Translations under genes and position numbers: made by a program | Part shown: positions 1 to 18,393 of the stretch, piece after piece | Layout: every line of letters starts with the position of its first letter | How positions within the stretch are numbered: the first letter of the stretch is position 1 | Assembly: GCA_001642005.1 (NCBI GenBank) | Contig: LWCA01000200.1 | Location: forward strand, 1 to 40,640 | DNA from: Intoshia linei | Lineage: Eukaryota; Animalia; Orthonectida | Direction of reading: 5' to 3' | DNA: 40,640 nt | Notes under the pieces: model-generated | Seen by the model: only the letters and a program-made list of their open reading frames with translations | Database searches by the model: none | What the model was told of the DNA's origin: nothing

Positions 1-304
1 AACGTTGGAAAAAGACTGTGGAAAGCAATGGTGAATATTTTATAATATAACTTTCTTTTTAATTTTGTTAAAAAAACGACATTACTTATGAAACGACCTA
101 ATAGAATGTTTAACTATATCACTTTATCCATTATTTATTAAATTATTTTATTATTCTTATTTATTTTATAATATTGATAAAAGATTTTACAAAAATGTTT
201 AAAATAGTAAAATGTCAATAAACTACAAAATTTAAAATGTAATTAAAATATAAATTACTTTAGTCACATACCAGTAATAAAAATATATATTCAAGTTTAT
301 TTTA

Positions 305-312
305 GCGCCAAA
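305..312 (-). promoter_or_regulatory. Candidate E2F site (TTTGGCGC) upstream of MELK
   Basis: GCGCCAAA lies about 40 bp before the ATG, with a second copy at 1097-1104 in intron 3. Confidence 0.4.
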
Positions 313-347
313 TTGGAATGATATTTTAATTTCGATACATTTATAAA

Positions 348-6743
<6,396 letters not shown>

Positions 6744-6925
6744 TCGTCACTTGGCAGCATATCTGTAAATACGTTTGTTGATAGCAAATTCGAATAAATC
6801 ATTAATAATTTCTATCTATGAACACGCGTTGTTTATTTCCATGTCAAATCGCTAAGAAAAGTTTACATTATTATGTACAGTAAATACTGATCTTAATGTA
6901 CTGAGTATATTTTCACAATTGAATC

Positions 6926-7847
6926 ATGCGTCGACGTAATGTAAATACAGAAAAAGATTCTGACAATGAACATTGTTCAGATAATGCTGAATCAGTTGAA
7001 GAAACATTAACGAATTTTGATGACCAACTCAGTTTAATGGAACAAATTTTGTTGATGGGATTAAAAGAAAAGGAGGTTTAAAATTTAAAAATATACTTAC
7101 TCGATATTTAGGGCTATACTCCGGCTTTCAACGAATCAATCTCATTTTCGATTCGAGCAGCAATATTAATTGAACTTGGTTTTTGTAACAGAATTGAAAT
7201 TGTAAAGTCTAGTCGTTCTGTCATAAACAATAAAATTAAAATAAAGTCAACACAACCAACCGGAAATATTCTATTAGATGAGGCTGTCAATATTATCAAT
7301 TCTAGCCCTACAATTGAATCAGTAACTACCTGGATTGAATACCTTAATGGTAATTAATTTTTTACTTTTTTATAAAGTTTAGGCGACTCGTGGAACCCTC
7401 TTAAAATGATGTACCAGCTTCGTAATGTCAGAGAACGAGTTGCCAAATCCCTTTCTGAAAAAGGAATTTGTTCTGTTGTGCAACAAAACTTTTTCTTTTT
7501 TGATACAGTTACCCACCCTGTTGTAAACAGATCACCTAAACAAAAATTACACAAATACATACAAGAAGGACTTTTAAATGTTAGTTTTATTATTTTTATT
7601 TTTATTTAAAATGTAGAAATGGCAACCCGATATAAAAAAAATGCCCGTGAGATTACTAGCTCTCATTATTTTAGCCAATGCGGCTGATGTATTGGATGAC
7701 GCTCTCAATAGTTTGCAGGACAACGATTACAGCCTAGTTATTAAAAGATTAAACAAATTAATCACTACCAATTTCCAGGAACTCGCCAACAAAGATGCTG
7801 ATCCTGTCCTCATGGTTCTCTGGTCAGTCGTTTTAGCAGTTCAATAG
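6926..7847 (+). CDS. GOLPH3: Golgi phosphoprotein 3 (GPP34/Vps74 family), 4 exons
   Basis: Exons 6926-7075, 7112-7349, 7383-7579, 7617-7847 read MRRRN, [70 protein letters not shown]. Introns are 36, 33 and 37 bp, all GT-AG. Confidence 0.95.
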
Positions 7848-8139
7848 ACCAGTTATACATATTTTACCAATTGATATTATATCTAAATATTTTAATTATA
7901 AAAAAATTAATTGCGTTTATCGTGTATCGAAATGTTTGAATTTTTCTGCACAAGTATCATACATTTTTATTAATTTAAAAACTGTTCTGTTTTGAAGATA
8001 AAAATGTTTTTCGAATCTAGCTCTACAAGGACAGTACCGAGACAGTCTTCGGCATCTATTTTTAAAAATTGACCATTAAAAATATTGGCTTTGTTCATGA
8101 TATATTTTATTTTGTGATTATATTATATATTTAAAATTA

Positions 8140-8970
8140 TTAACATTGTCGTTAATCTCAGCCTCAGAAACACATAATTTCATGGTCAAAAACCCAAATT
8201 ACCCTTTGTTTTAAAAATAAAACATGTCTAGGATAGTTTTTAAAATCATAAGCATTATCATATATGGAAACCTTAAAAAAGATAATTTTCACGATGAAAA
8301 TCACAAATTATTTTTTTTTAAATGAAAACGGCATTTGAATTTAAAAGAATTACAGATGGTACAGTTGTATCCTGTTAACACACTCAAATAATTTTAATCT
8401 GAATAAGTGACGTCACGGTCAAAAAAAAACTTTAGTATTCATTTTTTTTATTTCGAAGCTATTTTATTAAAACAAAAAATTAGTATAATTAACGGTCCTA
8501 CAATTAAAAAAAGGGGATTAATTAATTTTTCAGTATTTTCAACATAAAATTGTCAGTATACACATTAAAATATTAGTAATAAAAAGTATTTTGTGAGTAT
8601 TCAATTACATATTTGTCAGTAAATATATAAACTAGATTAGTATTCATCGAAAATTGTAAGTAACTCAACAAAAAAGTATATATGTAGAAATAAACACATT
8701 TTATAAAATATTTTGTCAGTAAAAAAATTGAATTGTAAGTTTGATGATTTTGGAGTGTCAGTATAAAAATTTAATTTAATTGTCCGAAAATTTAAAAAAA
8801 AAATTATTCTGATAGAGCTTATTCCAGTTGAATAAATACAAAATTTCAACCCCAGAAATCTACGCATTCCCGGTCAAAAATAATTTTTAATATATTATCA
8901 ACCAATATTTTTCAAATATTTCGATTAAAATAAAAATGTAAATATTGATCCTACAATTTCAAAAAAAATG
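8140..8970 (+). mobile_element. Dispersed repeat family copy (Helitron-like), intergenic
   Basis: Shares GGTCAAAAACCCAAATTACCC, GTACAGTTGTATCCTGTTA and TACAAAATTTCAACCC blocks with 19560-19860, 27230-27675 and 32160-32490. Confidence 0.6.
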
Positions 8971-10016
8971 TGTATTGTACGTCTACACATTTCCAATAAC
9001 ATGGGTGAAAATCTATATAATTCATTCCTTCGCAATTTTTAAATTTCAAATTTTCGTTTTCAAAACATTTTTTATAATCTTAAAATTTTAACACTACAGC
9101 AACGAATTTATATTAACTGAAAGTTATTTTTTTATTGATAATTGTTACAAATTTTACATAAAATGGTAAAAAGAAAAGTAACATTCACAATAAAAAAGGC
9201 CAAAAGTATGGACACATTTTTAACATTAATCATTTTTATATTACAATTTTTTGCAATAATGGTAAAATTCGATTGAAATATTTATAAAGTGAAGATTTAA
9301 TTAATTATTTATACAAAATTGGTATTTTTAAGTATTTATTAAATTGGTACTGAATATGTGTCATCACATTGAAAATGACAAAATATGTTTTTATAATTTT
9401 TAAGTTAAATTTTCAACGTGAATTTATTTTTTTGGTATAATAAAAGAGTGCCATAGGCAGAGCTAGGTGTTGTTTGTACGTAGTACAAAACTGCCAAGCT
9501 AGTACTTTATATAATAATATGATCCACTACAGACCCAAGTTAAAACTGAAATATTAAGACATTATATTATAATTACAAAAAAATTAGAAATATTCTATGG
9601 TGTTCACATTAGAGAATATTTTTTTATGAGAACAAATTGTTAATTAATTGTGTCAGTATTTTAGGTGCCTTTATTAACTAAATAATTTTTTTTACTGCTC
9701 TTCTAATTTAAATACTGAAAAATCAATGTTTCTACTGACAAACCATCACCAATACTGACACAATAAATGCACGCGTTAAAAAAAAGAGTATTCTGATACA
9801 CCTTATTCAAGTTATATATATATAAAAACTTTTAACTCCAGAAACAAAAAATCATTTCCGAAAATTATAACCAAAAAGGTAAATTTTAATATTTTTTGTA
9901 GTTCATTTGAATTAATAATAAAAATTTAAAACTACAAACTGTAATAACAGACGTGAAACACATATTGACAGTTAAAATTTTTAATTTAAAATTAGATTTA
10001 CAAAATACTAAACAAA

Positions 10017-13000
10017 TTAAATGTTTGTCTCCTTATTTGTATCTTGAAAGCTATTCTTGCGAAAAAATCCATAATTAGGATCGAAATTTCGTTTACTTGA
10101 CCCAGGTTTAGATTCAATTCTATTAACATCTCTATTGAGAGTTTGAAAATTATTTTCAGAATTAATAAATGGAGAAATTTTAGATTGAAGTTTAGATAGC
10201 GTGAAAGAAGAATACGTGGGTCTAGAACTGTACAAATTATTTGGTTTGACATCAGAATTATTGTAATACAAATTAGTCACTTCGTCGTTATATTTATCAA
10301 CAGCCTGGTCGACTTGAACATTGGATGCATTATTATAATATTTATAACCATAATGAAAGGACACGTGATTTGAATCGGGTTTATCGACAGTTAGATTTTC
10401 GGGTGTTTGTTGAATTTCCTGTGGTGGTGAGTAATTTGACAGAAACTGTATTCCATAATCTCCCTCTTGATTGAAATTATCACGAGACAAATGAGTGTCC
10501 TGTATGTCATGTCGTTCTATTCGGGCGGGTATTCTTTCAGGATTTGGACTATTTCTATAATGTTGGTAATCCATAGTCAATTGTTGAATTGGGTTATTTA
10601 GGTTTGGCCAGTACCGTTTTCTGGAATTTTCCGTGTTTCGATTGATGGCTTCTCTTAAAAGTGGACTCTTTTCATGAGAAATCAATGCAATGTCTTTAAC
10701 AGTCCCCGTATTTGAATTTACATAATTTTTGTAATAATTTTCTTCTTTGGAATTGGTCTTATCATAATCCATTATGCAAATGTCGGATTCTCTAAGTTGT
10801 CTTGGTTCATTTGTTTTACCATCAGAATCTTCACTGGTGTCACTTGCATTAACCTCACAGATAGGTTGCATGTTGGAAACATAATTGCAATTCCTTTTGG
10901 CGTCAGTATAGCATGTTTGACCGTATATATTTTTTGTTTCAAATGGACCATCCATCATATGATAGCTGTTGACAGAACTTCTACCCGACAAATTTTCCAA
11001 ACGCCTTTTATTTTTGAGCGAATTTCTCGGATTACCGTTTTTACTATTTATATTGTAGTGATATTTTCTATTGTCTTCGTAAATCAAAGAAGGTTTTTTA
11101 AAGATTTTTGATTTATTGGTAATTTTATGAGTTGAGTTGTTCTTGGAGCAGTTTAAAAGGGCATAGGAAACATCACTTCTGAAAATGATGTAATATAGAA
11201 TATTGAGCAAAGATATACAAATACACGCACCAAAGTATATATAATCGTAGATACGAGAACTTTTTGATACAAAGACTTGTGGGCGCAATGTAGTTAATGC
11301 AACAGAAACTAGTAGTACGATATCCAGCAAAGTAGAAAAGAAAAACACAATTGCATGGAACCTAGTACTATAATCCACATCCTGTTCTTCGAAAAGTTCC
11401 ATAAATTTAATGCTAAACTTTTGGTTCCAAGTTAGTTTTGGGCAATTTGAGAAGGATGATCGAATGTAACCCATATTCGACTGATAACTAGGCACTCTAT
11501 CAGTATGATTCATGGTAGATATCTGTTCCGAATCAAATTTTCTCAGTTTTGTTTTATTAGACGTATTGTGCTGTATAAATGAGTTGAACCTCTTTTTTCT
11601 TGACAATATTTTCGAATAATATGAAGAATATTTGCAGGTAATTGAAATTATAGCAAAAACACATAATAAGATCGTAAACAGCAAGTACGATAAAATAGGA
11701 AAAATTGTAATAATAAAAGATTTCTTCAGAGTCAAATTGGCAAACAAATATTCATCCCCAAGCATGTTATAATGGGTAAAATTGGCTCCGACACAAACGC
11801 CAGTTATAAACAGCGGGCAGAATATACCAATAAAGTATAATACACTCAAAGTGTAGTTTTGTTTGCCAGGTGTCGATTTAATGGGAGTTTCGGAACTATC
11901 GTCCGAATTTTCATCACTAGGACCAGAATGAAACATTTTCAAAAATGATATTATATAAGAAAATTTCCATGAAAGGTAAGTCAGCAACAACAAATGAAAA
12001 ATTACAGATAGAGCATAAAACAAATAACCCACGTTGAAAAATTCATTTTTGGGGTTGAATATAGTCCATACCAAAGAAACACACATTAACGACATGTTAA
12101 AGTGGATCAAACAATGTTTTAAATTTTTGTGCATTCTGATGCATCGATATTTAACGGCATAACTGACAGATATGAATATACACGTCAAAACAAGTATTGC
12201 TGAACCGGAATAAAAAATGTACGATCTCAATATAAAAGTAGTGTCAACGTGCGGACTTTGATCGAAATAAACATTTACATTTTTACTGTTGTTTGCAGCT
12301 ACAACAGGTTTCTTTAAGATGTTAGCAATTTTTTGACTTATAGCTGTAAAGTACGCTACATTCTGAGTGGTTGAAATAAAATTAGAATTTTCATCTCGAT
12401 ATTCACCGTCAAATGCTGACCATTCCGCATCATACTCACTCCATCCAATATAATCAACGTCAGTGTTATTAGCCGGCTGCAAAAAAATGCTCAATTCAGT
12501 ATTATCACCATCTGAAAGGTAATACATGTCATAACTGTCATTATCATCAAACGTGTCATAATAATCTTCAAACGAATCTCTCTTTTCAATGCTATGAAGA
12601 GGTGCCTCATAATTATATTTTTCTGTTCCAATATACCACACATTATTAAGACCCAATATATTCGGTTTCTGGCTTAGGATAGATGGGAACGCTTTTGAAT
12701 TTTTAAACACCAAAACAATTACAGTAATTGGAGGGCAAATGTTTTTTTTTAAACAACTTTCACTAGAAATGAAACACGTCTCTAGATCACTCTTGTTTGG
12801 ACCAATTGAGTCGATTTTTACAACTTCACAATGCTTATTATTATCGTATTCACTAGAACTTGAACTGGAATTTGCATTACTTTCATTTTCAAATTGAGGA
12901 ATGCATTTCCAAACTTGGTCACTATTCAAAACTAATTTATCTGTTGCATGAAGGATCACGTTGTCTGTTCTAAAGACAATATCCCCAAGACCATTAAGAA

Positions 13001-16000
13001 TCGTAATAATAGATTGTCTGAAAGATTTCATCATTCTGGACATGGCGCCACTGCTATATTCAGATTCCAATAATAAGTCTCTGTTTGCATTCATTATAAA
13101 TGAAATTATACGAAATATACTTTCAACCATTTGGAGTCTCATAACAAGTTGACTTTGTAAAGTCAAAGTGTGTGTGATGTTTGCGACTCTTTCAATAATA
13201 TAAGATATAAAAACTATGTCATCAGAACTTTTCAGGCGGTCTATGGTGGGCACCAAAGAAGTAATTTCGGCAAATCTTATAAAAAAGTTTTTTTCATTTA
13301 TCGGATCAGAAGTTGAATATTGATACAATAATTGGGTAACTTGATTATCAAACGTACAATTTGATAAATCACGAACTAGCCATTCGCCGGTAGAATCACA
13401 TTTGAATTTAGCGAGTCTGGATTGATCGTCAATATGTGCTTTCCTAGTGAGTAATTCATTATTACGGCATTTCAAAAATATCGATTCGCCCACGTTTGTT
13501 TCAGGAAGATGGAATGAACCAACAAGAGTTTCTTTTAATGTCACCCCACAAGTTGACGGTGAAATTGCATCGTTAAGTAAAATGTTTACTTGCTGTTCAA
13601 TAGTGTTATGCTTGTCTCTGCAAATCCATTGATCTGTCTGTAAATTAAGTGGAATATCCATCAAGTGTAATTCGCTAGTTATGATGTATCCAGACTCGTA
13701 TTGTTTTAATTCGTTTTCAATGTTCACATGGCCGTACAAATCACCATTAACTACTAATTTTTTTGTAGGAAAATCAACATCTATGTCTTGGTTAAACCAA
13801 ATAATTCCGTCCTCTAAATTTGTTTCGTTATTATAATCTACGGAGATATCGTTCAAATTGATTGATTTTGGCATTATTCTCAAATTCATCCGACATTTTA
13901 ATGTTATAGAATCTCCCATTTTGACCCATTGGTCTTCTATAGGTGACATTTCTAAACTTTCAATTTCTAGTAATTTTTTGTCGTAAATATAAATCGTTTC
14001 TTCATCAAGACGGTCATTTTCATTAAAATTGAATACATCAGACTCAATTAATCCATTTTCATTGAATGGTGAATTTGAAAAAGATTCCAAACTTGTAGTG
14101 TTAATTCGATCTCCCTAAAAATACATATAAATTAAAAACGATAGATATAATTTAAGGCAGCGGTTCCAAATACCAGTCTGACGACCACTGCCTATCCTAA
14201 TACCAAATTTAAAACTAGCTACATGCAAAATTAATTGAGTGACCATGTTTTAAGCAGTGGTTCTTAAACTTAAAAGTTCTTAAAAATGCGCGGATCCCCA
14301 AGTTCAACAAAAATGTTTCGGGATCATCAAAAAAAGTTTAAAACATTGTTCAATTAAAGATTCAAGATTTGCTAATGGTAAAAAACCAAAATGCCAATTT
14401 TTCTAAACATTAAAACTGATATTTGAATTCTCCGTGAAACAGTGAACTAGCGATCAAAATCGAATCTCCATGTTCAAGGCCCATGGCAAATAAAAAGATC
14501 TCTAAAAAAAATCGAAAATGATGCGTAATGACACAGAACGCTAGCCACGTGTTCACTGGTCAAGATTTAACAGTTTAAATTTTATACACATAATAGATGT
14601 AATACTCAAAATTTTATAAAATTATTTATAAATTCTCAATTTGGAAAAATGAGATCTACTTTTAAAAAATTTTCGACAAGTCCCCTAAGAAGGGTCTCGA
14701 GTACTGCAAGTTCGGGTTTGATACCGATGTTTATTATTCTTATTTTAACATTTTGAAAAATCGAAAAATTTAGATTGACGTTTTAATTATTTAAAAAAAA
14801 TTAAATGTGTTTTTGACCGTAAGATGGAAACTTTGAAGATTTTGTCATTTTTTTTGTTTAAAATTGTCGTGATTTAATAATTATATAAACAGGAAATTAT
14901 ACGGACATCCAGGGGTTCGCGGACCTCAGTTTAAGAAAGATAGTTTTATATAAACTACATTAAAAGTGACGGGCAAAAAATAAATGTGAACTTATCGGTT
15001 AGGGTACAAAAGCCCCTGATCCAAAGTAGTGATTAATTAATAGGTACTAACCGTAAATACAATTTTATAATAATTTAAGTAGAAATGTTGAGGTAAAACT
15101 CTACTTTTACCAATTTTAAAGGAAAAAATTTCATGAGAGGGTTCGACCAAATGGTTCTCATATTTTTATTCTTTCTAGTGCAGTGTTTCTCAAAAGGATT
15201 CACGCTATATAACAGGGGATCCACCGTTAAAGTAATGTAATATTGCAGGAATTAATTTAATATTAAAGACTACATAAGAAAACATCACTAAATCCAACTC
15301 CAAAATAGAAAATGCAAATTTACCAACCCTTAAGGGAAAAATTCTCGTTGTAATATACATGTAACATAAAAAATATTTAGATTTTTGATAAATCCGTTTT
15401 TTCAGAACTAACAAACAAAAACCTCTTAATCCAATTTAAAACAGAAAAAATCCAATTTTATCAACCCTAATGAGAAAAATCCCCTTTTTCCAATATTTTT
15501 TTTAAAAAATACAATTTTACCAAATCTAAGGAAAAAACCACTTAATTCAAATCTCAAAAGAAAAAATACAAGATTATTAACCTTTAAGGGAGAAATCCAC
15601 TTTTTCTAATTTTTTTTGGAAAGTTGGGATTTTACCAAACCATTCCAAAAAACACCTCATAATACAACCCTAAAATAAAACATTACCAACCCTTAACGGA
15701 AAATCCCCTATAAATATATTTGCGTTTAATTTGGAATTAAATGCAAATTTACGTCTAAATCTAAATCTTTGTACTAAATCATGAAGCCGGTTAACGGTTT
15801 CACATCCAATGAATCATTAAAAATATCAAATATCCAACAATTTTTACTAAAAATCAAAATGTACCACCCATTTAAGTAAAATTTTATAGTTTTATCAACC
15901 CTAAAAAAAAATCCAATTTTACCAACCATTTAGTGAAAATTCTAGTATATCAACCCTGTAAAGAAAAATCCAGGTGTACCAACCCTTTGGCAAGATTCTA

Positions 16001-17935
16001 GTTTTACCAACTATTACGTGCGATTATAAAACATGCTTTCTTTTCATTTTGAGTATTGAATTAAATTCTTTATGCAAACATTACATTTCATTTAGTTTAC
16101 AAAATTATAATTTTTAAAAAAAGTTTTTTTCACTAGATAAAATGTTATTACCTTTACCCTTATTGAATTGAAAAAATGTATATTTTATAGGTTACTGTGA
16201 ATTTATATGAATATATAATTATGCAAGATTTATAAAATTCTATATAAGATGAAAATTATTCCACTTTAAAAAACAGTAGTTTTTCAAGTTGTAATAATAG
16301 GTAAAAGTGGAATTTTTCCTAAAGAGTTGTTAAAAATGGATTTTTCCTGAAGGGTGGTAAAACTGGAATTTATCTTTTAGGCTTAGTTTATTTATGGCTC
16401 TAAACTAAATCCTCTAGTATAAAATTTAATAAATAATTTTTTAAAAAAAATAAAAATAAAACGTGTGAAACCGTTAAATGTTAATGAAACTTATTTTGAT
16501 TGCAATTTTATACACATTTTTATGAATTTAGGACGAAAATAGTTTTTATTTTCTTTTTAAATTGTTTACGACTATATTTCGATATGTAACCATATAGAAT
16601 AACACAATCTTGTGTTGTACCCCAACCATAATAGTATATTTTGAAAACATTTAAGTTGGTTTTGCACGGTTCAAAAAAATAAAAAACCATTTTTTCCAAT
16701 TAAAAATTTAATGAAAGTATAATAAATAGAAAAAATAACTGGTTTAAAATGCTAATCATATTAATATTCATAAAAATAAAAAGTCAATAATTTATATGCT
16801 AAGAGTTTACATAATTATTAAAATTGTATCATAATATGGCAATCAATGTTAAAACTGACATTTAACAAAATTGAAACAATTGCTACTTTTCTTTATATTG
16901 ACAATAATAGAAAAAATATAAAGTCAAACTGCAATTAAACTAATTAACTCAATTCAAAAAGTACATAATAGTCCTGATAATCAAAATTATCATTAGGTAA
17001 GGAATATTGTTCCATAGAGTCGGTTTCTCTTTTGCATTGAAATTGTAAATTGTGCAATTTGGAAAAATCATATGCTTCAAGTTCGTTGGGTTGGCCACAG
17101 TCCGCAGTGACGAGATTCTTTGGTAGATCAGACCATTCCAACAGAGGTACAATGGCACAGTCACATATGATGTATTGATTGTTGGATAAGTCTCTAAATT
17201 AAAGAATTATCGATATTGTTTAAATATGTGTAATATACATCTAATAATTATTTAATATTAAAAGTCTGATTAGCATCAATCAATGAATATAGTGTTTGAC
17301 ATTAGAAATGTAAAAAATAAAAACTAAATAATATACATAGGTTAAAACGGCTTAAAAACTTAATTGGAAAAAAAATATTTTCATGTACGCTACGTCTTAA
17401 GATGTTGGTACGGAAATAATAATTCTCGTAGACCGCCTTAACCGAGATAATGTAGTGTAGTTATTTTTTAATTACAAAATGCGTAATCCTCGCAAATCAT
17501 CAAGCCATTTCTGGGCGAAAACTCGAGTGATATTGTTATTATTTAAGGTAAGTTTGCGGAGTCGATCTAACCCTCGAAAAGCATGTTGCTGGATTTGAGA
17601 TATTTGTGAATGAGAAATTTGTAATTTTTTCAGTTTTTTCAATGATTGGAAAGAATCATTGAGTAAAATTGGTAATTCTGATACTTGAATTTTTCTAAAA
17701 AATATAAACCTTAAAAAATGCAAAATTACAATGAAAATGTGTTTGATGGTAGCGTCAATATCCAATCCTTGATGTCAAATTGGGTGAAATTTATGCCAGA
17801 GCAGATTAAATTGAAAAATTGTTCATCCGTGCTAACCCTGGTGTTGAGCTTGCATCGACAATTATTTGGTGCATTACACTGACTATCGGTGGAGTAAGCA
17901 AAGCAAAAGAAAGAAAATATCAAAATAAAATTCAT
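10017..17935 (-). CDS. Adhesion GPCR, ADGRA (GPR124/GPR125)-like: signal peptide-LRR-Ig-HRM-GAIN-7TM-PDZ motif
   Basis: Exons 17935-17730, 17694-17476, 17193-16965 and 14114-10017 join in frame. They encode a signal peptide, LRRNT, LRRs (HAFRGLDRLRKLTLNNN), LRRCT (DLSNNQYIICDC), Ig (GDSITLKC..IIW..WIC), HRM (C...CDSTGEW...LSNC), seven hydrophobic segments and a C-terminal ETNI resembling vertebrate ETTV. Confidence 0.85.
14255..14943. mobile_element. Degenerate hAT MITE in GPCR intron
   Basis: Left end CAGTGGTTCTTAAACT...GCGCGGATCCCC and right end GGGGTTCGCGGACCTCAGTTTAAGAA. No clear TSD. Confidence 0.55.
15290..16380. repeat. Minisatellite/foldback arrays in GPCR intron
   Basis: TTTTACCAACCCT-type units at 15290-15710 and 15830-16010, inverted at 16280-16380. 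The segment at 15831 begins with the same terminus (TCCAAC.ATTTTTACTAAAAATC) as those at 2510 and 24665. Confidence 0.7.
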
Positions 17936-18393
17936 GGTGTCAATCTAAACGCACATAAATTTAAATAGTAAATTCTAGCATAACAAATCAATACATTTAC
18001 AAAACGAACAAGATTTTGCAAAATTACCAATTAGGTAGTATAAGTCTATCAAAAAGCGCTACATGTAACTCAAGATGTACAGACATTTTTTGGCTCCAAT
18101 ATTATTTATTTATAAAAGTTCATCGAGTATATGTGAATGAAACAAAGAATTCATGTCTGAGATTTTATGTTGCAATGAAATGTAAATTGTGATAGAAAAG
18201 CTATGGATATTGCACTGCAACAAAAGACGGAAATTTCGCATTCTCGTATTTTCTCACGATTAAATGTATACATTTCAAATAATTTGAATGTTGACGTTTA
18301 GTCTGTAATAAAATTAAATCAAATTTCTTTTGTTTAAGTTAATTAATATTACAAAAGAAAATTTCATATAAATATTTTATTATGGTATTCAAA

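Noticed and set aside
1-110. Possible terminal exon(s) of an upstream gene
   Set aside because: Too short to assign a frame or identity.
8637-8867. ORFs in repeats or introns (also 15205-15414, 31569-31778, 36130-36333, 38572-38799)
   Set aside because: Low-complexity F/I/K-rich translations of AT-rich non-coding DNA.
9998-13632. Small ORFs overlapping the GPCR exon (9998-10252, 10797-11111, 12961-13152, 13447-13632)
   Set aside because: Shadow or alternate-frame ORFs of a real coding exon, with no motifs.
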